Virus record (IMG/VR): IMGVR_UViG_3300045988_180675
Span: 128,001 to 192,000 of that record
Strand: one strand, 5' to 3'
From: a virus
DNA length: 64,000 nt
Shown here: one piece after another, positions 51,330 to 58,670 of the stretch
Numbering within the stretch: the stretch's first letter is position 1
Layout of the letters: each line of letters starts with the position of its first letter
Notes under the pieces: generated by a model
Seen by the model: the letters and a program-made list of their open reading frames with translations, nothing else
Database searches by the model: none
What the model was told of the DNA's origin: nothing
Position numbers and translations under genes: made by a program

Positions 51330-51351
51330 ATATATACTCCTTATTCCTTTT

Positions 51352-51363
51352 TTATTATGCTAT
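51352..51363 (-). promoter_or_regulatory. Class-A promoter box (variant ATAGCATAATAA)
   Basis: 22 nt before ATG 51329, immediately after the sRNA-candidate terminator. Confidence 0.45.
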
Positions 51364-51369
51364 TTCTGC

Positions 51370-51458
51370 AAAAGAAAAGCGAACCACCGTAAGATAGTTC
51401 GCAATCAAAATCAACAGAAAGGGGAGTATGGGTGGTTTTGGGAGATCCCCTTCTGTAT
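51370..51458 (-). ncRNA. Candidate ~90-nt small RNA (promoter, two hairpins, intrinsic terminator)
   Basis: Follows its own promoter at 51465-51493. Stem 1 is ACAGAAGGGGA/UCCCCUUUCUGU with a 20-nt loop containing AACCACC. Terminator is GCGAACUAUC-UUAC-GGUGGUUCGC + UUUUCUUUUG. There is no ORF, and the next gene has its own promoter. Confidence 0.5.
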
Positions 51459-51464
51459 GATTAT

Positions 51465-51493
51465 ATCTTATCATAACAGTATATTTTAGTCAA
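51465..51493 (-). promoter_or_regulatory. Promoter of the sRNA candidate
   Basis: Minus strand TTGACT-17 nt-TAAGAT with TGA immediately upstream (extended -10). The spacer contains ATATACTGTTAT. Confidence 0.55.
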
Positions 51494-51507
51494 TGGGAAA
51501 ACCCCTC

Positions 51508-51536
51508 TTGACATTATTTTCTTTAAAGAATATAAT
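51508..51536 (+). promoter_or_regulatory. Consensus sigma-A promoter of the only plus-strand gene
   Basis: TTGACA-17 nt-TATAAT, then RBS GAGG and ATG at 51562. Confidence 0.75.
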
Positions 51537-51561
51537 ATAGATATAGAAAAGAGGTATTGAA

Positions 51562-51804
51562 ATGAATCAAGATGTATTAAAGATTGCTTTTGCTATTATG
51601 ATTACTATTCTTAGTGGCTATATCTGTATTAACGTTTTAACCGCTGAGATCAAGAATTCAAAATCAATTACGATGGCTGGAACAGAAAATTCTTATTGGA
51701 ATAAAAATAAGTCACGATCAACAGAAGCAAAGAAAGATAGAATTATGAAGATTGCAATTCTGTTATTCTTAGTCGCTACAATTTCTGCAAATATTCTCTT
51801 TTAG
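51562..51804 (+). CDS. Small two-TM membrane protein (80 aa)
   Basis: Consensus promoter, RBS, and two hydrophobic helices separated by a basic polar loop. Ends at the bidirectional terminator. No family recognised. Confidence 0.6.
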   Translation: MNQDVLKIAFAIMITILSGYICINVLTAEIKNSKSITMAGTENSYWNKNKSRSTEAKKDRIMKIAILLFLVATISANILF

Positions 51805-51807
51805 AAA

Positions 51808-51841
51808 ATAAAAAAAGTAGGGACCAACCTACTTTTTTTTT
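51808..51841. terminator. Bidirectional rho-independent terminator
   Basis: AGTAGG-GACCAA-CCTACT hairpin flanked by an A-run on the left and a T-run on the right. It serves the convergent genes 51562-51804 (+) and 51840-52250 (-). Confidence 0.75.
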
Positions 51842-52250
51842 ACAATGTACTCAATTTCAATACAAATCCATTGATAATGGAAGCGACAGTCTTTGTCTTT
51901 TCCTCAATATTTTCTGCAATTAGATCTACAGCCACGCTATAGATTTCTGTTGCACTCTTCATTGTTACCATTGGAACGATACCGTGTCCGTATTGAGAAG
52001 CAAACAATGCTTCTGTAACGTTTTCGTTAGAATCAAATCGAATATTAGCAATATAAGAGTCTTCTGCCACCTTTTCAATATTTGATTCTAAAATCTTCAC
52101 GCCATGTCCAACACGAAGACGTTGAGTCGTCTCGCACAAAGCAGCAAGGAAAGAGTTGATATTGTCCTCTGTTCCCTTGATTACAGCTTCGCCCTTAGAG
52201 CGAGTTACTGTAACACCAAAATCTAATTCCAATTGTAAATCCTGATTCAT
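51840..52250 (-). CDS. Hypothetical protein (136 aa)
   Basis: ORF starting 1 nt after the upstream stop. No family recognised. Confidence 0.5.
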   Translation of the reverse strand: MNQDLQLELDFGVTVTRSKGEAVIKGTEDNINSFLAALCETTQRLRVGHGVKILESNIEKVAEDSYIANIRFDSNENVTEALFASQYGHGIVPMVTMKSATEIYSVAVDLIAENIEEKTKTVASIINGFVLKLSTL

Positions 52251-52251
52251 T

Positions 52252-52452
52252 TTAATTTTCCCCCTTGGCTTCTAAAGCCTTTTCTTTACTGAATCTTTCT
52301 TTTTCTGTATTTTTAACAATTGAAGCCACAAAAGCGGCAATACCTAGTGCTACTGCAATTATTGCTAGTAACAATAGACCAGAGAATAATGCAACAACAA
52401 GATTTGTTACAATACCCCACAAAGAACCAAAAAACGTAAATACTAAAGTCAT
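52252..52452 (-). CDS. Small two-TM membrane protein (66 aa)
   Basis: RBS AGGAGGAAAA. Two hydrophobic helices and a charged tail. Confidence 0.5.
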   Translation of the reverse strand: MTLVFTFFGSLWGIVTNLVVALFSGLLLLAIIAVALGIAAFVASIVKNTEKERFSKEKALEAKGEN

Positions 52453-52488
52453 TTTTATTTTCCTCCTATAATGTAAAACGACTAACCG

Positions 52489-52764
52489 CTATGCGATCTT
52501 GGAGACTTTGTAGGTCGCAAAACCTACGAAGTATCTCTCAACATCTTCTAGTGATAGTTCCTTACCACGCATTTCTGCTGGAAGGTTCATATCGACAGAA
52601 GTGATCGTATTGGCGAGTGCTGCCAAGTGTAAAGGTAAGACTCCGTAGATGTCTTTTCCCTTTACAGTCTCAGCATCGGCATGGCTCACCACCATGTCGA
52701 ATTCGAGTCCCTGCTTCTGCAAGAACTCTACGAGAGCCTCGTGACGTGTAATCAAAATCTTCAT
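52489..52764 (-). CDS. Csx16-like (VVA1548-family CRISPR-associated) small protein, 91 aa, with no CRISPR-Cas context
   Basis: MKILITRHEALVEFLQKQGL....H.....KGKDIYGVLPLHLAA......DMNLPAEMRGKELSLEDVERY...YKV. This follows my recollection of the Csx16 family pattern (..TRH.GA.EW....G......H......GD.V.G.LP..LAA....L.L....RG.ELs.e.....Y.V). Needs a profile search. Confidence 0.45.
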   Translation of the reverse strand: MKILITRHEALVEFLQKQGLEFDMVVSHADAETVKGKDIYGVLPLHLAALANTITSVDMNLPAEMRGKELSLEDVERYFVGFATYKVSKIA

Positions 52765-52830
52765 ATCATTTTCCTCCTTAGCCTATCAGCTTTATCCATG
52801 ATCATCAAATAATTACAATTGTATTATGCA
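52765..52830 (-). promoter_or_regulatory. Class-B promoter plus leader module (copy 3, shortened)
   Basis: Minus strand TTGCATAATACAATTGTAATTATTTGATGATCATGGATAAAGC..GGCTAAGGAGG. It shares the TTATTTGATGATCATGGA core with copies 1 and 2. Confidence 0.5.
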
Positions 52831-52843
52831 AGAAATAAGAAAT

Positions 52844-52873
52844 TAAAAAAAAGAAGAGATTAATTCTCTTCTT
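52844..52873 (-). terminator. Rho-independent terminator overlapping the last codons of the 1908-aa gene
   Basis: Minus strand AAGAAGAGA-ATTAA-TCTCTTCTT followed by TTTTTTT. Confidence 0.65.
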
Positions 52874-55800
52874 CTTTCTTTCTACGCTTTCCAAATAAGA
52901 AGAATAATAGAATGCTGATAATAGCTACAATGCCGATCGCAATCTTTGACCAAATCCCGTTAATGAAACGTGTGAACCAATTTGAAGAAACAAGCACTTT
53001 GATTTCTTCTGATTCTCCCTGGTTTCCTGCTGCATCTACAGTTACAACTTTTAGTGTCTGCCATTTATCTGATTCATGCAAGATATAGGACATGTTTCCA
53101 TCGTTCTTCGCTACCTCTTTAGCATTGAAGTCTTGTACCTCTTCGCCATTTAGATAAACTTTGGCTGTACCTAGTGCAATGTTATCTGAAAGCTTAATCC
53201 CCACTGTCATTTCCTGATCAGAATATAGTTTTCCGTTTTCAATACCAGTAATGACTGCACTTGGATTTGTCTTGTCAATTACAAACTTAACATTCACCTT
53301 TTTGATCTGATTTGACTGCTTGTTGCCTGCTTCATCTTCAGAAGAAACAATGATTTCATAAGTTCCTTCTTTTTCGAATAGCGAGCTTGGTAACTTGTAC
53401 TCATATCTATTCCAAGTTTCTTCGTTTGTCTTATTAAGCTTATACTCATTTGCCTTCAAGATCGTTGACTTGCCATCATGTAAGACTGTTACCTCCTGTT
53501 TGATCAACTTGTTTGGGTTGATCTCATAGAGTGTAATGTCTTGTCCTGACTTGTGATAGATTCCCTCAACAAATGCCTTACTATCTTTTGATAGTTCGTA
53601 TGTGGAGCCAAATCTATTCACAGAGAATGTGATCGACTTCGTTGTGGTGTTGTTAGCTTTATCCGTTGCAGTGGCTGTAAGAGTATATACATCATCATTT
53701 TCTTCAATATGTTCAAAATCTGGCAATGTTACTTGAACGCCATTTTGATTGACTAAAACAGAACCACTCACTCTTACTTCAGGATGTTTTTGACCTTTTA
53801 ATGTCAATACAATATTTTCTGCATTAAAATTAACGTCTGTCATTGTTACAACAGGTTGAACAACATCTCGATTCGCTGAGTTTTCTTCTACACCAGAGAA
53901 TGTAATCACTGGAGCGACCTTATCAATTGTAAATTGTTCTTTACTAAATGTAGGGGCACTATTTCCAGCTAGATCCATTGCATTTAATGTAAAATTGTAA
54001 TCTCCATCTGCATCAAACGTTAGCGTTGCAGTATGTACATCTCCATTGTGGCTCCAACCACTCAATGTTGGAGAAGCAATTCCTTGACCATTTAGTGTTG
54101 CAATAACAGCTGCGGTCGTAGCTGCTTCATTGAAGTTCTTTTCTGTAACCGTGATCGTAGCAGTTTGCGTTGAATTGAAGTATTTTCCTTCACTCATTGC
54201 TACCGAGATAGATGGCTTTGTTTGATCGATTGTGAATCTATCAGTTTGACCATATTCTGAACGATTTCCAGCCTTATCTTCAACTGCAAAATCCAATGTG
54301 GCTTTCGTATCATTTGCAAATGTAACGGTTAAGATATTTACATTTTCATCTGAACTATCTGTTCCAACTTGCCAATTACTGATCGAAGTGTATCCAACAG
54401 TCTTTAAACTAGCAAGTGATGGATCAAAGTTTCTTTCATATACCTTGATTGTCGCTGTACGAGGAGCATTATAATACTTTCCGTTTTGCACATTTTGGTT
54501 ATCATAAGAAATCTCAATTCTTGGTGCAGTTGTGTCGATCTTGTATACAAAATCCTTTTCAACTTTATTTCCAGCATAATCTTCACCAGTGATATGAAGA
54601 ACAACGTTGTTGCTGTTATTCTTGCTGGCATCGATCTTGATATTTCCAGAAATGCCTCTAACCTTGGCTTCTTCATTTGTGAATTCGCCAGATTGAGTAA
54701 CCTCACCATTACTTGATACTGTATAGGATAATTTCTTCATACCTGCAAATACGCCGATTCCACCATTGTCTGGATCAGAAACAGAAACATTTACATCAAT
54801 ATCAGAGTTATATACTTCTTTTTGCTCTTGCTTGATTGTTACGATAGGCTCGTTAGGGTTTGCCTTATCAACAACAAATCCGCCATTAGAAGAAATATAT
54901 GTGATATTCCCTGCCTTATCTGTGATCTTTTGATAAATAACAGCATTTCTATCTGCGGAAATCACGACATCCTCTGTTACTGGACTCCAATTCATCTTAG
55001 AAAAATCTGTAGATGCATTAAATGTTTGTGCCGCATCAGAAGGAGCATCCAGAATTGCATACTCAATCGATTTCACACCAGAAATCTCATCTGCTGCATT
55101 TAATACAAAGTGTAAGTCATTCATGTGGAATAAATTAAAGATAAATTTCTTTAGACCACTTTGCTTCTCAATATCTTCTACAGCTTGATAATAATCCTTT
55201 TCCTCATTTCCTTGTTTTACTTTGATTGTTCCAGTAGGGGCTGTATTATCAATTGTAAAATAGTATTTTCCAAGCTCGACTTTATTTCCAGCTTCATCCT
55301 GATAAATTGCCTTGATCGCATAATTACCATTGGAAGTAAACTTACCAATATTTAATTTATGTATCGAGTTTTCCGTAGTCCAAGAACCCTGAGCTGGTTG
55401 TGTATAGTTGATCGTTTCTCCAGATGAATTCGTTACAGAAACTTCAATATTAACTCTACTAGAGTCGAATCTATCTTTAGCTTTTTCTGTCCATCCTTCT
55501 GAGTCACCATCAAAATCTTCTACAGAAATTTCTGCATTGACACTGTTAATTGTGTAATATGGGTTCTCTTTATCTTCTGATAATTCAATTGCCTCGTTAT
55601 TATCACCTGTTAATTTCATTATGACTTTTGGCTTATTTGTATCAATAACAAAGTCCGTCTTAGCACGAGTTCCTTCCGTATATTTAACACCACCTGGGTT
55701 TGTATAGATACCACCTGTTAAGAAAGATGAATCCCATATATATTGTTCTTTATTAAATTCTATAAACCCATCATCTTCACCTAGTTCGAATTGGTAGGTA

Positions 55801-58586
55801 TTAGTTCTTTCATTTGTATACGTTTCTTCATTTTGATCTGCTTGTGAATCAATTCGATCTTGTTTTAATTTAATACCATTCACTCGACCATTTTTAATAT
55901 CTTCAAGATTAAAGAGATGAACCGCCCCAGTCCCAGTTGGAGAATCTTGGAATAATAGTTTAACATCGTTTTCGTTGAAATTTCTTCCTCTATAAGTAAT
56001 GTTCATTACTCGTTTTTGGTTGAAGAATTTCTCATTTTCTGGTTCATTTTGAAGATATGTGATCGTCATTTCTCGATCAAGCTTATCAACAATGATATTC
56101 TTGTATTCTTCTGTTTGAACAACGTTTCCAGCTCTATCAAAAGCTTCAACCTGAATCGAAACATTATTGCTATCAACGCTAATATTTCCTTCGATATTGA
56201 TTACTTTGTTGGACTTCTTGCCACGAGACATATTTTCATCTGTTACTGTCTTTTCATCACTTGAATAAAGCTCATCTTTTGTTAATGTAAAAGAATTTGT
56301 TTTAGGTTCTTCTGATGTGAGTTTTACACCTTTATCCTTGACTGTAACAACGACGTGATCAATACCAGAGCTTTCATATTTTGGTCCATCTTCTATTCTG
56401 ATGGTATATGGTCTATTACGTCCGAGACTATCTGGATAGAGATTTATAACTGGCGGTGTTGTATCTACTACAATACCGTTAGATGTGGTAATAACTTCGT
56501 TACCAACATTATCGGTCGCTTTAACAAGTACGATATATGTACCTTCTCTTTCGCTACTTATTTCGATATTTCCATCTGAAGGAAGAGTTTGCCAACCTGA
56601 TGTGTTTGCTTCTCTAACAATATCAGCTTCCTGGCTATCTTTAGAAGGTGCAGTAACAACTTTGTATTCAACATTTTTAACGCCACTATCAGCGTCGTTT
56701 ACATCAACGTGTAATCTGTAGCCATCTTTACCTACAAACTTATTGAATTCTAGCTCGCCATTGTTTGATATCTTGTTGCCTTTGACATCTGTAAACTTCC
56801 CATTATCGAAATTAACTGTAGGCAGTGTTGCATCAACTTTTAATAATCCATCTGGAATTGTCGTTTCACCTGATCTTGTTGCAGGGCTACTTGTGTTTCC
56901 TAGATAGAATTGGTTTGTAACATCTCCAGTTGTTGCGTCATCTTTAATTGATAATGTATTTGAATATGTTCCATCCTCTTGCTTTACATTGACACTATTA
57001 AATAAGCCTTCATTGTCATTTGCTTCAAATTCAACTTCAGCTCCTGGACGAACGTAGGTTGTATTACCAGATTTATAGACACTGGAATTATCACTATTTT
57101 TTACCTTGATCTTGCTTTGAATCTTTTGGTCGTTCATTGTGCTTGCTGTGACATTGATATCAGCACTTGCATCATCTAAGATCAAGTTCCAATTTCCTAC
57201 AGAAGCCTGTTTTAAAGATAGTGTAATTGCATTTGTATTATTTCCAACATAATACTTTCCACCTGTGAATGTGGCTTCTAAATAGTTTTCTACACCATTT
57301 TTCTTTAGGAAATCTTTAACATCTTCATCGATATTTAGATTGTCTAGCAAACTGGTTGGGAAATGCCCACTTGATAAAGACTTCCATTCATTAGAGCCAT
57401 ATTCCACTGTAATGTCCTTAATAGATAAATGGGCATCTTTCTTAGTGATAGTAACATCTGGACCACTTGTGAAAGACTCGGTAAAAGAATACTTATCAGA
57501 ACCTGTAACATTAATATCGGACAATGTTGCATGATGATTTCCGACTTCTTTTCCATCGAGAGTTGCTGTTGCAGTAATGTCAATATGATCAGATCCAACA
57601 ATTCCCTTTGCTGCCTTTACATGTCCATTTAATTGCAACTGATTGTTATCATCATATACCTTCTGGACGGTATCCCATTCAATATCCTGTGATGTGATCG
57701 TTCCAAGATTCTTCTTGTTGACATTTATCCTTACAGATACCTCTGTAGCTTTATAACGAGGTGTATCTTCCGTTTTCACATTGATTACGGTCTCACCAAC
57801 ACCATTCACTACGACATCGTTTCCATTAATAGATACACTGTTTCCAGATGTAACCGTATATGTGACAGAACCAGTATAATCACTCGGTAGGTCTACCAAT
57901 GTGTTTTTAGCGAAACTTGCATCTCCATAAACCTTTTCCTGATCATGTTTGACCATTGGTACATCGACCTTTTGATAGCGGGCAAGTGTTTTTGTTGTAT
58001 TTGCGTCTGTTAACACAAATTCGCCTTCTGCATCTGGAGAATCTGCAATATTAAGTCTATACTTAATGATTTTGTTCATTTCCTGACCAGAAAAATCAAA
58101 AGAACCATTTGCATAAGGAATTGTTAATGCATTTCCTTTGCTATCTGTAAATTGAATATCTGTGTCTGCAATGACATTACCAGTATCGAAGTTGAAAGCA
58201 ATCTTTCCGCCCGTCTTAGTTGCGGACACGAAATTTTCTTTAATCGTATCCCCAAACTTGAACTGTCCTTCGATCGGCTTTGAACCTGCATTTGTTAAGC
58301 GATAATAGAACACATCATTACTATCATGCGTTTCTGCAATATTGATATAGTCCTTTTCATCTTCATTTGACAACGTGAAAGCAACAGGAGTCGTACGTCC
58401 TGCATCTTTGAATAATTGTATATCTGTTGTTGTTAAGTGGAGCTTGGTTGATCCACTTGTAATACTCATCTGGCTTTTACCGTTTGTTCTAGTTTCAGCA
58501 TTTACAAGTAATACACTTGGGTTAGCTGTAGAAATAACCGTCATCCCAGCCAGTGCCGTAGCGATAATTCGTTTTGATCGAGTCAT
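52860..58586 (-). CDS. Giant membrane-anchored surface protein with many Ig-like repeats (1908 aa)
   Basis: Signal peptide. Repeated modules each open with (I/V)D.T.P.. (VDTTPPVINL, IDNTAPTGTI, IDTTAPRIEI, IDQTKPSISV, IDKVAPVITF, IDKTNPSAVI). C-terminal TM + KRRKKEEEN with no xxxTG motif. Confidence 0.75.
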   Translation of the reverse strand: MTRSKRIIATALAGMTVISTANPSVLLVNAETRTNGKSQMSITSGSTKLHLTTTDIQLFKDAGRTTPVAFTLSNEDEKDYINIAETHDSNDVFYYRLTNAGSKPIEGQFKFGDTIKENFVSATKTGGKIAFNFDTGNVIADTDIQFTDSKGNALTIPYANGSFDFSGQEMNKIIKYRLNIADSPDAEGEFVLTDANTTKTLARYQKVDVPMVKHDQEKVYGDASFAKNTLVDLPSDYTGSVTYTVTSGNSVSINGNDVVVNGVGETVINVKTEDTPRYKATEVSVRINVNKKNLGTITSQDIEWDTVQKVYDDNNQLQLNGHVKAAKGIVGSDHIDITATATLDGKEVGNHHATLSDINVTGSDKYSFTESFTSGPDVTITKKDAHLSIKDITVEYGSNEWKSLSSGHFPTSLLDNLNIDEDVKDFLKKNGVENYLEATFTGGKYYVGNNTNAITLSLKQASVGNWNLILDDASADINVTASTMNDQKIQSKIKVKNSDNSSVYKSGNTTYVRPGAEVEFEANDNEGLFNSVNVKQEDGTYSNTLSIKDDATTGDVTNQFYLGNTSSPATRSGETTIPDGLLKVDATLPTVNFDNGKFTDVKGNKISNNGELEFNKFVGKDGYRLHVDVNDADSGVKNVEYKVVTAPSKDSQEADIVREANTSGWQTLPSDGNIEISSEREGTYIVLVKATDNVGNEVITTSNGIVVDTTPPVINLYPDSLGRNRPYTIRIEDGPKYESSGIDHVVVTVKDKGVKLTSEEPKTNSFTLTKDELYSSDEKTVTDENMSRGKKSNKVINIEGNISVDSNNVSIQVEAFDRAGNVVQTEEYKNIIVDKLDREMTITYLQNEPENEKFFNQKRVMNITYRGRNFNENDVKLLFQDSPTGTGAVHLFNLEDIKNGRVNGIKLKQDRIDSQADQNEETYTNERTNTYQFELGEDDGFIEFNKEQYIWDSSFLTGGIYTNPGGVKYTEGTRAKTDFVIDTNKPKVIMKLTGDNNEAIELSEDKENPYYTINSVNAEISVEDFDGDSEGWTEKAKDRFDSSRVNIEVSVTNSSGETINYTQPAQGSWTTENSIHKLNIGKFTSNGNYAIKAIYQDEAGNKVELGKYYFTIDNTAPTGTIKVKQGNEEKDYYQAVEDIEKQSGLKKFIFNLFHMNDLHFVLNAADEISGVKSIEYAILDAPSDAAQTFNASTDFSKMNWSPVTEDVVISADRNAVIYQKITDKAGNITYISSNGGFVVDKANPNEPIVTIKQEQKEVYNSDIDVNVSVSDPDNGGIGVFAGMKKLSYTVSSNGEVTQSGEFTNEEAKVRGISGNIKIDASKNNSNNVVLHITGEDYAGNKVEKDFVYKIDTTAPRIEISYDNQNVQNGKYYNAPRTATIKVYERNFDPSLASLKTVGYTSISNWQVGTDSSDENVNILTVTFANDTKATLDFAVEDKAGNRSEYGQTDRFTIDQTKPSISVAMSEGKYFNSTQTATITVTEKNFNEAATTAAVIATLNGQGIASPTLSGWSHNGDVHTATLTFDADGDYNFTLNAMDLAGNSAPTFSKEQFTIDKVAPVITFSGVEENSANRDVVQPVVTMTDVNFNAENIVLTLKGQKHPEVRVSGSVLVNQNGVQVTLPDFEHIEENDDVYTLTATATDKANNTTTKSITFSVNRFGSTYELSKDSKAFVEGIYHKSGQDITLYEINPNKLIKQEVTVLHDGKSTILKANEYKLNKTNEETWNRYEYKLPSSLFEKEGTYEIIVSSEDEAGNKQSNQIKKVNVKFVIDKTNPSAVITGIENGKLYSDQEMTVGIKLSDNIALGTAKVYLNGEEVQDFNAKEVAKNDGNMSYILHESDKWQTLKVVTVDAAGNQGESEEIKVLVSSNWFTRFINGIWSKIAIGIVAIISILLFFLFGKRRKKEEEN

Positions 58587-58614
58587 TTAACCGACCTCCT
58601 TTTTCTTACATCTT

Positions 58615-58626
58615 ATATTATGCTAT
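58615..58626 (-). promoter_or_regulatory. Class-A promoter box ATAGCATAATAT
   Basis: 28 nt before ATG 58586. 24-nt identity with 12377-12400. Confidence 0.5.
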
Positions 58627-58645
58627 TTTTATAGAAAATTGAGAA

Positions 58646-58670
58646 CAAAAAAAGATGGGTTAATCCATCT
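58646..58670 (-). terminator. Rho-independent terminator overlapping the stop of the MucBP-like adhesin gene
   Basis: Minus strand AGATGG-ATTAAC-CCATCT followed by TTTTTTTG. Confidence 0.65.
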
